A DNA stretch of 62,730 nt from a virus. Its lineage: Duplodnaviria; Caudoviricetes. Under the pieces are notes generated by a model, which was not told the DNA's origin, did not search any database, and was given only the letters and a program-made list of their open reading frames with translations. This document shows, piece by piece, positions 1 through 9,613 of this stretch (positions are counted from its first letter, which is position 1; each line of letters starts with the position of its first letter). Location of the stretch: positions 1 to 62,730 of the IMG/VR virus record IMGVR_UViG_3300044796_000135, one strand, 5' to 3'. A program made the position numbers and the translations under genes.

Positions 1-219
1 GCCGCCGACGCTGGTGAGGGCGTCGAACTTGGCGCTGCTGTTGATGGACAGGTCGCCGCCGACGCTGGTGAGGGCGTCGAACTTGGCGCTGCTGTTGATG
101 GACAGGTAGCCGCCGACGCTGGTGAGGGCGTCGAGCTTGGCGCTGCTGTGGATGGACAGGTCGCCGCCGACGCTGGTGAGGGCGTCGAGCTTGGCGCTGC
201 TGTGGATGGACAGGTCGTC
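1..219. repeat. Coding tandem repeat, 54-bp unit, ~4 copies
   Basis: gccgccgacgctggtgagggc recurs at 1, 55, 109 and 163. Confidence 0.95.
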
Positions 220-294
220 GGTAACTTCCGTCAGTCCTGCATATTTCTTTGCATCTGCCGCAGTGCGGATTTCAAGATTGCCGATGTATTTCAT
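1..294 (-). CDS. 5' part of a tandem-repeat (L-domain/LRR-like beta-solenoid) protein; continues across the origin into 62730..61783
   Basis: ATG at 294 gives MKYIGNLEIRTAADAKKYAGLTEVTDDLSIHSSAKLDALTSVGG..., open to base 1. Frame matches the open frame at the window end. Missed by the ORF track. Confidence 0.85.
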   Translation of the reverse strand, partial: MKYIGNLEIRTAADAKKYAGLTEVTDDLSIHSSAKLDALTSVGGDLSIHSSAKLDALTSVGGYLSINSSAKFDALTSVGGDLSINSSAKFDALTSVGG

Positions 295-295
295 G

Positions 296-472
296 TTACG
301 TCCCGTTGCTGTATTCGGTGAAGATTCTGGCCAACACGCTCGCGTCCATCCCCGCACGCTCCCGTAACGCCTCAATCGTTTTCAGCGCCTGCCCAGCCAT
401 GACGATCAGGTGCCGCTGGTGGTCACGGGCTGCGGCGAGACGGAGCACGGCGCGGTCGGTGGTATAATCCAT
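296..472 (-). CDS. hypothetical protein (MDYTTDRAV...)
   Basis: ORF in operon context; ATG at 472 follows the stop of the upstream gene. Confidence 0.55.
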   Translation of the reverse strand: MDYTTDRAVLRLAAARDHQRHLIVMAGQALKTIEALRERAGMDASVLARIFTEYSNGT

Positions 473-485
473 GCTTATCCGGTTG

Positions 486-1091
486 CTACCCACGGCTACA
501 ACTCCTAGGGATGTATTCTTGCAGCGGCGTTTCGTATGGCACGTAGAGCGGGTGCTTCGGGTGGCCGTGTTTTGTCAGCCCCAGGCAATGCAGATTGAAG
601 CCGAACAGCCAACCCAACATGGTTTCGTTCTGCTGTAGGTGGTCGCCGTGCGCTCCCCATGCGCAGACAATCCGGCCCGCGTCCGTGCAAATTTCCTCGA
701 CGTGTTCTTGGTTGCGAAAGCCGACAGGATCGATGCCGCCCCTTCGATCATCCATCGAAAGCAATACCTTGGGGTCAGTCGCGCGAAAGGCGAACAAGTT
801 CAGGACCGTGAGGCGCTCGAACTTCCATTGCTTTGCAAACCCGACGCACTTCCGAATTGTCGGATCATCTTTGTCAGCGTCGGCAGTCGAAGGATTGAGC
901 ATTATAAACACGCACGGCTTGGGCTCGCCCAGGTCACTCCCGATACCATCAACGGCGATCTTGCCGCGACTGTCCGTCAACCATTTCCAGTTCTCATGTT
1001 TGTGCGTGCCGCGCCATTCGCGGTCCAGCATGTAACGATACTGCCCGTCAGCCGAGAGGATGGCGTGCTTGCGAATGTACGGCGACATCAA
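486..1091 (-). CDS. DUF1643 family protein
   Basis: Motifs YRYxLxRxW, FIMLNPSTAD, DPTIRKC, NLFAFRATDP, AWG, PKHPLY. Confidence 0.9.
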   Translation of the reverse strand: MMSPYIRKHAILSADGQYRYMLDREWRGTHKHENWKWLTDSRGKIAVDGIGSDLGEPKPCVFIMLNPSTADADKDDPTIRKCVGFAKQWKFERLTVLNLFAFRATDPKVLLSMDDRRGGIDPVGFRNQEHVEEICTDAGRIVCAWGAHGDHLQQNETMLGWLFGFNLHCLGLTKHGHPKHPLYVPYETPLQEYIPRSCSRG

Positions 1092-1267
1092 TTCCTAGCT
1101 CCTGTGGGCGTTAAGCGGATAGGTATGGTATAATCGTTGCTACTATCGCGCAGGTCCGCTTCCAGATCAGCAATCGCGTTTTCGCTGCGGTCCAGGTCTG
1201 CGAGGTAGCCCGCGAGGATTTCCTGCATTGTGGCGAGGGTCGCAGATGGACGTGGGATGGCATTCAT
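1088..1267 (-). CDS. 59-aa hypothetical protein (MNAIPRPSATLATMQEILAGYLADLDRS...)
   Basis: Hand translation; ATGA overlap with the upstream stop, own stop overlaps the next start. Confidence 0.6.
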   Translation of the reverse strand: MNAIPRPSATLATMQEILAGYLADLDRSENAIADLEADLRDSSNDYTIPIRLTPTGARN

Positions 1268-1863
1268 GTTGACAACTCCGCACGCGCCTGAACAATCGCG
1301 GCATTCAAAGCAGCCATATCTTCTGGCGATCCACCGACGTCTGGGTGTAATCGCTTTGCACGTTCACGATATTTGGCTTCTGCCATGTCGCGAGTAATCG
1401 TTCCAGTCGGCGGGAATCCAATTATTTCACGCCAGCTTTTCTTGGCATCCGGCGCGGCCAATGTGGCAAAGCCAGCAAAGGCACGTTCCATCATCGTGCC
1501 GCCGCCGTGGCGCTCAAGCTGACGCATGGCACCGATGCCCAGGCCGATTGAGCGGAGATTATCATGCGGTGTCGTATAGGCATCTCGCGCCATGACCATC
1601 TGACGATTCTTGAGCATGAAATACACGGCGACGCCAGGATCTTCCAGCCGTCTACGCGCTTGATCCGCATACGGGGTTCCGTCGTTTTTAACCGCGAGCC
1701 ACGATGAAATAACTACGCTCTTGGCTCCGAGCAGTCGCAATTCGTTCATCAATTGGTCACGGGCACGCACGAATGATGTGTTGAACTTGTTGGAACTGGT
1801 GCGCCGATAGTCTGCCGTGCGCAGCCAGCCCTCGGGCCATTGAAGCGGATAGGATTGGGTCAT
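1264..1863 (-). CDS. phage protein with C-terminal J (DnaJ) domain
   Basis: YPLQWPEGW N-terminus, DPGVAVYF, C-terminal AKRLHPDVGG (HPD motif). Confidence 0.9.
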   Translation of the reverse strand: MTQSYPLQWPEGWLRTADYRRTSSNKFNTSFVRARDQLMNELRLLGAKSVVISSWLAVKNDGTPYADQARRRLEDPGVAVYFMLKNRQMVMARDAYTTPHDNLRSIGLGIGAMRQLERHGGGTMMERAFAGFATLAAPDAKKSWREIIGFPPTGTITRDMAEAKYRERAKRLHPDVGGSPEDMAALNAAIVQARAELST

Positions 1864-2069
1864 ATATCAGCACCCGGATATCTGCAACTCCGCGCCTGCC
1901 GCGCATCCGCACGGGCCTCGCGCATGAGGTACGCAATGAACGCCTCGGCCTCAGATTCGTCTGCGAACTCACCATGGATGTCCCGCCCATCCCGCACATA
2001 GTAGCCCACGGCGGGGTGTTCGGCGTCTACGTCGTCATGCGTGGCGATGTGGATGAGGGTGGGTTCCAT
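1860..2069 (-). CDS. hypothetical protein
   Basis: Start and stop overlap both neighbours. Confidence 0.6.
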   Translation of the reverse strand: MEPTLIHIATHDDVDAEHPAVGYYVRDGRDIHGEFADESEAEAFIAYLMREARADARQARSCRYPGADI

Positions 2070-3010
2070 TACTGGACCTCCTTCTCAGCCATTGTCTCAA
2101 TATAGGCCATCGCCCAATCCTGCGGGATCGTACCAAAATTCTGCGCGGGCGACTCTGGGTGCGCTTTGTAGTGCAGCAAATTAGCGGCGCCGGCCCATCC
2201 ATACTGTTTCTTGAGTTCATAACCGCGCTCGCCTGCCATCTGCACAAGATGACCAGCCGTACACATCGGTGTGCCGCAAACATTTCGCTCAGGCACGCAT
2301 TCTTCGGGGCCAAATGTGGACTGACGATGAATTCGTTTCTTTGTTTGGATATCTGCGAGCAGATTTGTGTAGGGCTTTTCCAAGAGAGGAATGTCCGCAA
2401 GAAGATCATCCGTCCAGCCAGCGGCTCTCAGGTCGCTCGGGGTCCAGCCAGCGGCTATCAGGGCGCTCGGGGTCCAGCCAGCGGCTATCAGGGCGCTCGG
2501 GGTCCAGCCAGCGGCTCTCAGGGCCCTCGGGGTCCAGCCAGCGGCTATCAGGTCGCTCGGGGTCCAGCCAGCGGCTGTCAGGTCGCTCGGGGTCAAGCCA
2601 GCGGCTCTCAGGTCGCTCGGGGTCCAGCCAGCGGCTATCAGGTCGCTCGGGGTCCAGCCAGCGGCTCTCAGGTCGCTCGGGGTCAAGCCAGCGGCTCTCA
2701 GGTCGCTCGGGGTCCAGCCAGCGGCTATCAGGGCGCTCGGGGTCAAGCCAGCGGCTCTCAGGGCCCTCGGGGTCCAGCCAGCGGCTATCAGGTCGCTCGG
2801 GGTCCAGCCAGCGGCTATCAGGTCGCTCGGGGTCAAGCCAGCGGCTATCAGCTCGCTCGGGGTCCAGCCAGCGGCTCTCAGGTCGCTCGGGGTCAAGCCA
2901 GCGGCTCTCAGGGCCCTCGGGGTCCAGCCAGCGGCTCTCAGGGCCCTCGGGGTTGTTTGACTAGCGAGAAGAAACTTATCTTCTTTGGTGAGGGCTTTGG
3001 GCATGTGCAT
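2069..3010 (-). CDS. decapeptide-repeat protein (18 x TP[SR][DAE]L[RIT]AAG[WL]) with C-terminal CGTxxCxAG domain
   Basis: ORF with 18 ten-residue repeats. The C-terminal CGTPMCTAGHLVQMAGERGYEL resembles the domain that follows pentapeptide repeats in phage proteins. Confidence 0.85.
   Translation of the reverse strand: MHMPKALTKEDKFLLASQTTPRALRAAGWTPRALRAAGLTPSDLRAAGWTPSELIAAGLTPSDLIAAGWTPSDLIAAGWTPRALRAAGLTPSALIAAGWTPSDLRAAGLTPSDLRAAGWTPSDLIAAGWTPSDLRAAGLTPSDLTAAGWTPSDLIAAGWTPRALRAAGWTPSALIAAGWTPSALIAAGWTPSDLRAAGWTDDLLADIPLLEKPYTNLLADIQTKKRIHRQSTFGPEECVPERNVCGTPMCTAGHLVQMAGERGYELKKQYGWAGAANLLHYKAHPESPAQNFGTIPQDWAMAYIETMAEKEVQ
2413..2952. repeat. Coding tandem repeat, 30-bp unit x 18
   Basis: Directly visible 30-bp periodicity. 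Confidence 0.98.
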
Positions 3011-3032
3011 TTCCTAGAAATGGATTTATGAA

Positions 3033-3341
3033 TTAGTTGGCACGAAACTGCTGACGATAACGAACAGTCTCGGCGTATTCCGTCGCCGATACGCCAGCGC
3101 GGAAAGCATCATACGCGAAGTCCATGCAGTAGCCGTCTTCGTCCTGATCACCGTCAAGTCCGCGTGCCAACGGCAGGACGAGAATCCCACAAACCTTGTC
3201 GTGCCAGCGTTCCCAGCGACTATCGCCACCGACGTTCATTTCGTGGTTGTGGAAGTCCTGCGCGGATTCGATCAGGGCATCTTGATAAGCCGACATCTTC
3301 ATTCTCCTAAGCCAAACACTGAAACCGATGCGGGGTAACAT
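3033..3341 (-). CDS. hypothetical protein, first gene of leftward operon (start may be further downstream)
   Basis: ORF just downstream of the leftward promoter. Confidence 0.6.
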   Translation of the reverse strand: MLPRIGFSVWLRRMKMSAYQDALIESAQDFHNHEMNVGGDSRWERWHDKVCGILVLPLARGLDGDQDEDGYCMDFAYDAFRAGVSATEYAETVRYRQQFRAN

Positions 3342-3382
3342 CGGCTTCCGTTTGTGGCCTCCTGTGTTGTTGCGATAGAGGG

Positions 3383-3467
3383 AGATTAGGCCCGGTCGAA
3401 ATGGGTGTCAACGAAAATCGTCACGACTAACGAAAATAGTTGACGGGGCCAAAATAGCCTGTATTCT
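3383..3467. promoter_or_regulatory. Divergent sigma70-type promoters with operator-like repeats
   Basis: Leftward TTGACA-N17-TAATCT (3411-3383); rightward TTGACG-N16-TATTCT (3440-3467); AACGAAAAT occurs twice between them. Confidence 0.7.
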
Positions 3468-3473
3468 GACACC

Positions 3474-3677
3474 ATGGAACATCGCGAAATTATCTTACGC
3501 TTCGGCGGCGTGACCAAGATGTCAGAGGCACTTGGTATGGAAAATAGGACCACTGTTCAGTATTGGGAGCAGAAGGGCGTCATTCCAAAATGGCGTCACC
3601 ATGAGATTTTGCAGGCGGCACGCAAGTTAAGGCTTGGCCTGAAAGAAACGGACCTACAGAATGGAGCCTCAAAATGA
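3474..3677 (+). CDS. Cro-like HTH regulator
   Basis: IILRFGGVTKMSEALG...TVQYW...GVIP pattern; position after a divergent promoter. Confidence 0.8.
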   Translation: MEHREIILRFGGVTKMSEALGMENRTTVQYWEQKGVIPKWRHHEILQAARKLRLGLKETDLQNGASK

Positions 3678-4096
3678 GGGAAAGACCACATTGGCAGAAG
3701 CCGTCCTATTTCGTCTATTTGGCGGCTACGAGTGATCGGTCTGTCTGGAAGATTGGAAAATCCTTTAGGCCAGAACTTCGCGCATCTTATGTCCATCTCG
3801 GAACGCCTTTCCCGCGATTCTCATTAATCCACAAACAACGGGCTGGTCGTTTAAGAAAATCCCTTTTTGTGGAAGGCTATATTAAATGGCTTTTTAAGCA
3901 TCAATTGGTGCATGGCCATGAATATTTTCATGGATCATTCAAAGACGTTCGGGCAGCATTAAGAGCCGCCCTGGCTTGGTGTAAACGCAACCCAGAATGC
4001 CAAGAGATTTGGCCCTCAAGAGAACAGTTCTATAAGCGCATTCGCTACTCTGGCCGCTACGAATTGCGCCCGGACATTTATGGGGCTGCGCCATAA
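3674..4096 (+). CDS. GIY-YIG/T5orf172-like protein
   Basis: FVYL...WKIGKS..PELR and GHEYF motifs. Confidence 0.65.
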   Translation: MRERPHWQKPSYFVYLAATSDRSVWKIGKSFRPELRASYVHLGTPFPRFSLIHKQRAGRLRKSLFVEGYIKWLFKHQLVHGHEYFHGSFKDVRAALRAALAWCKRNPECQEIWPSREQFYKRIRYSGRYELRPDIYGAAP

Positions 4097-4854
4097 TGGC
4101 TGAAAACTCCAAAATCGCATGGACCGATCACACGCAAAACTTCTGGGTCGGTTGCCAGAAGGTCTCGGCAGCGTGCGATTTCTGCTATGCGGAAAATTGG
4201 GCGAAGATGGCTGGCAGACCGCATCTTTGGGCTGGCACGCGCGAGCGCACCAAGGACTGGCGCAAGCCCAAAAAGTGGGACAAAGAGGCCGAATTGCGTG
4301 GCTATCCATATAAGATTTTCACTAACTCGTTAGCTGATTTCTTCGACAACCAAGCCGAACCGGACTGGCGTCATGAAGCATGGGCGGTGATCCGTTCAAC
4401 TCCTCATCTGCAATGGTTGATCCTCACAAAACGCCCGCAGAACATTGCCAAGATGCTTCCCGGAGATTGGGATGATGGATATCCAAACGTATGGCTTGGT
4501 ACGACGGCAGAAAACCAAGAAGAATACGACCGGCGTCGGATGCATCTGTTTTCCAACAAAGCGCGCGTTCATTTTTTCTCAGTCGAGCCGATGCAAAGCC
4601 CTATCATTCGCGACATTGCGAACGAGCGCGGCAAAACCGTTTGGTATATTTGCGGCGGAGAAAGTGGGCCGAATCGTCGTCCGTTTGAAATAGAATGGGC
4701 CGAGTCGCTTTGGAAATCATGTGCAGAAACACAAACGGCATTTTTCTTTAAGCAGGATTCCGCGCTCAAACCAGGACAGCAGGGCCGCGCGAGTGACGCG
4801 CTTTGGAACACGAAGCAATTTCCAGATAAGAACGCGGGGAAATCGCCCACATGA
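4096..4854 (+). CDS. phage Gp37/Gp68 (DUF5131) family protein
   Basis: SKIAWTDHT.N...GCQKVSAACDFCYA, LILTKRP, WLGT, CGGESG, FFFKQ. Confidence 0.92.
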   Translation: MAENSKIAWTDHTQNFWVGCQKVSAACDFCYAENWAKMAGRPHLWAGTRERTKDWRKPKKWDKEAELRGYPYKIFTNSLADFFDNQAEPDWRHEAWAVIRSTPHLQWLILTKRPQNIAKMLPGDWDDGYPNVWLGTTAENQEEYDRRRMHLFSNKARVHFFSVEPMQSPIIRDIANERGKTVWYICGGESGPNRRPFEIEWAESLWKSCAETQTAFFFKQDSALKPGQQGRASDALWNTKQFPDKNAGKSPT

Positions 4855-5057
4855 GCGGATGGCAACCAATAGCAACGGCACCAATGAAGAAATTCGTATT
4901 GGTAGCCTTAAAAAACAGCATTGACGACGTGCATCCCAGCAAGGTCGCTGAAGCCAAATGGGCTGGCAATCTTTACTGGCGTATTCATGGAGCGTCATTC
5001 CATCCAGATTTTATTACCCATTGGATGCCTCTACCAGAGCCGCCTCATGGACTTTAG
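4851..5057 (+). CDS. DUF551-like protein
   Basis: WQPIATAP ... THWMPLPEPP. Confidence 0.8.
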   Translation: MSGWQPIATAPMKKFVLVALKNSIDDVHPSKVAEAKWAGNLYWRIHGASFHPDFITHWMPLPEPPHGL

Positions 5058-5213
5058 CCCCACCTCCCTCACATGGCTCATAACCTCGCTCACGCCGAGT
5101 ATGCCGGGGATTGCGGCGCAGTATGTGTGGCTGGAAACGCTGCGGCTGATCGGGCTGTACCTGGGGGTTGGCGTGGGCTGCGTGCTTATGGCTGCTCCGG
5201 TTTGGAACCGCTA

Positions 5214-5804
5214 ATGGGACCATACCAGATTATCTACTGCGATCCCCCATGGCGCTTCGAAGTCTGGTCCGGTGAAACTGCCGTGAAAGCGCGCGTCAAT
5301 TCCAACGGCACTAACGTTGCTGCAGGTCACCACTACAACACGATGTCACCGCAAGAATTGTCAGAACTACCCGTCGCTGAGTGGTGCGCTGACGATTGCG
5401 TTCTGTTTATCTGGATATGCTGGCCGATACTTCCGCAAGCATTGCAGCTTATCGAAGCGTGGGGCTTCACATACAAAACATGCGCTTTCTCTTGGATGAA
5501 AGCCCACGCTGGTCAGATCGAAATGTTCCGCGATGATATCGACGCCAGCATGGGAATGGGATATTGGACGCGCGCCAATTCCGAAGTCTGCTTGCTGGCA
5601 ACGCGCGGTAAACCAAAGCGCATCAATGCAGGCGTGCGCCAAGGCATCATCGAGCCACGCCGCGAGCATTCTCGCAAGCCGGATTGTGTGCCGGACCGGA
5701 TTGTCCAGTTGTGCGGGGATCTGCCACGCCTTGAAATGTTCGCACGCACCAAGCGTGATGGCTGGGACGCCTACGGAAACGAAGTTGGGAAGTTCGTCGC
5801 ATGA
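5214..5804 (+). CDS. MT-A70 family adenine methyltransferase
   Basis: IIYCDPPW, HYNTM, AWGFTYKT, GMGYWTRANSE, EHSRKP, LEMFAR; start re-assigned to ATG 5214. Confidence 0.92.
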   Translation: MGPYQIIYCDPPWRFEVWSGETAVKARVNSNGTNVAAGHHYNTMSPQELSELPVAEWCADDCVLFIWICWPILPQALQLIEAWGFTYKTCAFSWMKAHAGQIEMFRDDIDASMGMGYWTRANSEVCLLATRGKPKRINAGVRQGIIEPRREHSRKPDCVPDRIVQLCGDLPRLEMFARTKRDGWDAYGNEVGKFVA

Positions 5805-5919
5805 TCCTCATGCACATTCAAGAACGCGACGTAGAAGCCTACTACAGCCAAGGTTGGACCGTCTGCCTATGCCTCGGCCATCATGGCTACTGGCGCCGTT
5901 TCATCGCGGAGTTGCGGTC

Positions 5920-6279
5920 ATGACCTCCCGCGCCTGGCACACCTCCGAAATAATGATGCTCAAGCGCATGTTCCCCGTCCTGAGCAACGCCGAACTGGCG
6001 CGGCATTTCAAACGGTCACAGGATGCGGTTGAGTCCAAAGCGTCCGCCATGGGGCTGAAAAAGTCGCCGCTGTATCTGGCCTCATGCCGGGTGCGGAAGC
6101 CGCGTGTGAAGTCGGAGCCGAAGCAGAGTGGTTATCTGGCCGGTACACCGCCCGAGAAGCCCACCACAACGCCGCAGAAGGCCATGGCTGGCGTATGGTA
6201 TGAGGATATGCCGGGACTACGCCGTGGCGTGCCTGTGTGCGGGAATAGGCTGGCGCGGCATGTGCGGCACATAGCCTAG
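5920..6279 (+). CDS. HTH/Myb-like hypothetical protein
   Basis: W..SEI..LKR.FP..SNAELARHFKRS..AV..KA..MGL. Confidence 0.6.
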   Translation: MTSRAWHTSEIMMLKRMFPVLSNAELARHFKRSQDAVESKASAMGLKKSPLYLASCRVRKPRVKSEPKQSGYLAGTPPEKPTTTPQKAMAGVWYEDMPGLRRGVPVCGNRLARHVRHIA

Positions 6280-6713
6280 AACGCCGCCAGTATCGCCGCG
6301 AACTGCTCCACGCTCCGCACCACGCACTGATTGCGCCCGGTAGCGATAGCCCAGGTTTGCCAGTCTAGCTGCTCGCTCGACATGCGCCCATCCGGGGCCT
6401 TCAACTCAATGAACCAGTCTCGGCGCGCGTCGTTGTGGAATAGCAGTATCTCCTGGTGGCCAGAATTCCCGAAGATGCCGAGTTTCTTCAGCCAGTCACG
6501 CCGCTGGGGCTGCGGGTTTGTGCGCTCTGGCTGCACCACAATGTATTGCAGCGCTCCAGGGTGAGCGCGCTGATAGTCGCGGATGAGTTTGACGCATTCG
6601 ACCTGGAGCGCGTCTTCAGGCTTGATGCGGAAGCGGCGGCTGCGGTTTTTCGGCAGCACGATGTCGGCGTCGGGCACATCCCCCATGCGCTGCTCGTAGC
6701 TGATGCGGGTCAT
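6276..6713 (-). CDS. VRR-NUC/PD-(D/E)XK family nuclease
   Basis: EDALQ, FIELKAPDGRMSSEQLDW, VVRSVE. Confidence 0.8.
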   Translation of the reverse strand: MTRISYEQRMGDVPDADIVLPKNRSRRFRIKPEDALQVECVKLIRDYQRAHPGALQYIVVQPERTNPQPQRRDWLKKLGIFGNSGHQEILLFHNDARRDWFIELKAPDGRMSSEQLDWQTWAIATGRNQCVVRSVEQFAAILAAF

Positions 6714-7480
6714 TTGAACACGCGAGCCAGGTGCCGCGACAATGGGAGCGGGATTTTGGCGATCATGGCGGAGGCGGCTTTGCGGGCCGTACTGCCTCCA
6801 CTAAACCGCCGCGGATCATATGGGCCGCCGTAGTCCGCACCGCTGCCCATTCGCATACCTTTCTTGGCCTCGCCTGCGCTGCGTGAAGTAAATCTATTAC
6901 CGCTACCGGGCGCAGTCGGACTGCGCCCGGTAGCGTGAACCTGTGCGGTCTGGAAAGACTTTCCAGACCCATCAAAGCGAAACGACGGAACTTTGGTGGC
7001 CTTAAATGTCGGCGGCATCAGCGCCGGCAGATCGCCCCAAAGATAGAAGCTGCCAAAGTTCCACCGCGCTCGACCAACCCACTCTTGCGCGCCGCGCACG
7101 TTTTCCACAATGAGCGGGATATGCTGCCCCGCAGCCTCGCAAGCCTCTCGCTGAATGCGGAAACAGGCGTCGAACAAAGTCGTCAGCCGCTTCTGCTCGG
7201 CAGGATCATCTTTGATATTGCGCCGCTTCTCCTTCGCCAGCGACCACGGCATCGCCATATAGCTGAATTCCTGGCACGGCGGCGATGCCACAATCACCGT
7301 CGCATCCTTGAACTGCGAACCATGCAACGTCAGCACATCCTGAATCGCCAGCATTCCAGGATACTTCTGGTCGCCGTACTGGTGGCGCTCGATGTCGAAC
7401 CCGATGCAGTCGTAACCTTCGGCGAGGAATCCTTCAGACCAGCCTCCTAAGCCGCAATACAAATCCACGACGAGCGCCAT
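6710..7480 (-). CDS. DNA cytosine-C5 methyltransferase-like protein
   Basis: DLYCGLGG (SAM-binding), ASPPCQEFS (catalytic PC), ENV. Confidence 0.85.
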   Translation of the reverse strand: MALVVDLYCGLGGWSEGFLAEGYDCIGFDIERHQYGDQKYPGMLAIQDVLTLHGSQFKDATVIVASPPCQEFSYMAMPWSLAKEKRRNIKDDPAEQKRLTTLFDACFRIQREACEAAGQHIPLIVENVRGAQEWVGRARWNFGSFYLWGDLPALMPPTFKATKVPSFRFDGSGKSFQTAQVHATGRSPTAPGSGNRFTSRSAGEAKKGMRMGSGADYGGPYDPRRFSGGSTARKAASAMIAKIPLPLSRHLARVFK

Positions 7481-7519
7481 CACCCCTCCCGCCTCGCGCT
7501 CCACAGCGAAGCCGCGAGA

Positions 7520-9055
7520 TCACTCATAATGCGCACCAACCCGAAACGCATCATAGATTTCCCGCGCCAGACTCTTGCACGGCTTGCTCTCGAAGCTTGA
7601 GTTGATAGCCGATAAACACCTTTCCTCTGACATAAATCCGTCGCGGAAAAACACCAGTGCCCAATAGCAGCGTCCCTTTCCGAGAACGGGGACGTTGGAG
7701 ATGTCTCTCACTTCTTCTCTCCCATCTCCGGCATGGCGTCGTTCCAACTGCGCCGCACCGGCTTCTTGCGCTTATACTCCGGCTGCGCAGCATCAAGCGG
7801 GGCCTGCATGTTCAGTGCGGCTTGGATCGCTTCGCGCGTCAGCTTCGCTGGCACCTTGCGTTTCACTGGATAGGACATGCGGCGTTCCTCTTCGGCAGTT
7901 TGCACCACGAAGCAATGATCGACGCTTGCCAGCCGAATATTCTGAAGCGCGTGTGTTTCCATGAGCCATCAACAGCGTAGGCGGTTGCAATTGCATCATG
8001 CCATGGTCCAGGCATGAACTGGCGCCGGGACTTCATAGCGGTTTCCTATGCACGATAACCTCATTCAGATACGCGTTCGTTTCGCCTAACTCATGCGACA
8101 GCCCAGCAACCTCGTCCATCACATCACAAAGAATAAGCGCGATCTGCGCCAGTAAATAGGTCTGGTTATCGGTCGGCTTTGCCTTTGCCAGCGCGCCACG
8201 TATTGCTGCATAGCGGGCGCTCCTTAGCTGCGGCGGCGTCATGTCCGTGCCGCCGATCCCGTCCTCGCTCATTTCGGCTTACCCGTTCCACCGCACGCCC
8301 GGCACAGGCCGTAGTTTTCCTCTTTGCCAGCGCGACCGGAGCCCATGCAGTGCTGACAGGTGGGGATGAAGCGGGGGGTCATTTACCGTCCTTTGCAGCC
8401 CAGATGAATGCAAAGAATACGTCCGACGAAACCTCACCATGAGACGCATCAGCGTATTCAAGATGCGGACCAGATGTCCTTAACTCTGTTTCACCAGCCG
8501 CCTGCATTTCTAGTGTTGGCTTCAACAGCGCATCTAAACAAGCATCCGCCACATGCAGCCGCGCTTCCCACAGGCGATACGGCATATCCTTTTGCATGAT
8601 GGCACCTTGGCCATAACCCATTGCATCTGGGTCTACGCCTTCACGGACACAGATCGCCCGCGCCATATTTTCCCGCATGGTCATACGCCACTCCTGGTCG
8701 TTACATGAGCGCGAGGTTTGATCTCATAATTAAAGTATTTAGCCGTCCGCCGCATTGCATGAGGACCCGCGAAATACTTTCGCTCGCCGTTAGTGTGTCG
8801 AAAACACGGCTCGCATCTTTGCGCCCCGCAAGTAGGGCAGCCGCTCTCCACCACTGACTTGTGACACCGCATCCAGAGATGTTTTTGGAAGGGATGGCGG
8901 ATAAATACACGGTCTTGATCCGCTCCATACCACTCCATTGTGATTGCTGGTTCAGTCATTCCGATTCCTTTGGCATCAGTTTTACGCCCAGGTCCAGATA
9001 CGCTAACGCCCACGCCTTCAGAAATGCTTCGGAGGCAGTATCGCCCAGCGCTCAT
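7520..9055 (-). other. cluster of small hypothetical genes (e.g. 8033-8272, 8379-8684, 8681-8959)
   Basis: Tightly packed minus-strand ORFs with overlapping starts and stops; no family recognised. Confidence 0.55.
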
Positions 9056-9612
9056 CCCCGCAGCCTCGCAATCGTACTCCGATGCACCCCATACTCTTTC
9101 GCTAGCCCGCTTGCCGTCGCCCCTGCCTGCAGCCTAGCAAGCGCCAGCACGCGCTGTTCCGGCTTCATGACCATGTTCTCCGGCTTGCGGCCACCGAGCC
9201 GCTTGCCAGCCTCCTTGGCGCGTTTGCGGCCCTCTCCGGTGCGGGCCAGGATGAGGGACCGTTCAAAGTCCGCCAAGCCGCCCAGGATGGTCACCATCAA
9301 TTTGCCGTGGGCTGTTGTCATGTCGCACCATTGATCGGCGAGGCTGCGGAACTTTGCGCCCACATCGTCTACGCGCTTGAGGATGCCCAGCAGATCCAGC
9401 GTGCTACGGGCTAGCCTATCCAAGCGCGTCACCAGCAACGTATCGCCAGATTGCAAGGCGCCTAGGAGGTTTGCAAGTTCTGCACGGTCACTGCGGATTC
9501 CGCTGATTTTCTCCTGATATATCGTTGTCGCCCCCGCAGCCGTGAGCGCGGCAATCTGGCCGTCAAGGTCTTGGTCGGCGGTGGAGACGCGGGCATAGGC
9601 GAGGATGGCCAC
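9052..9612 (-). CDS. small serine recombinase (resolvase/invertase) with C-terminal HTH
   Basis: YARVST, RLDRLARS, FERSLILART.EG, HTH LAKEYGVHRSTI; 186 aa. Confidence 0.95.
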   Translation of the reverse strand: MAILAYARVSTADQDLDGQIAALTAAGATTIYQEKISGIRSDRAELANLLGALQSGDTLLVTRLDRLARSTLDLLGILKRVDDVGAKFRSLADQWCDMTTAHGKLMVTILGGLADFERSLILARTGEGRKRAKEAGKRLGGRKPENMVMKPEQRVLALARLQAGATASGLAKEYGVHRSTIARLRG

Positions 9613-9613
9613 G

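Noticed and set aside
2413-2952. CRISPR array
   Set aside because: Units are contiguous with no unique spacers, lie in a coding frame, and no cas genes are present.
2159-3031. Long plus-strand ORFs over the repeats (also 122-367 and 62402-62671)
   Set aside because: Shadow ORFs of stop-free repeats; the minus-strand frame has the operon context and recognisable C-terminal domains.
9052-9612. Serine integrase or Tn3 transposon
   Set aside because: Only 186 aa with no large recombinase/zinc-ribbon domain; no transposase or terminal inverted repeats seen.
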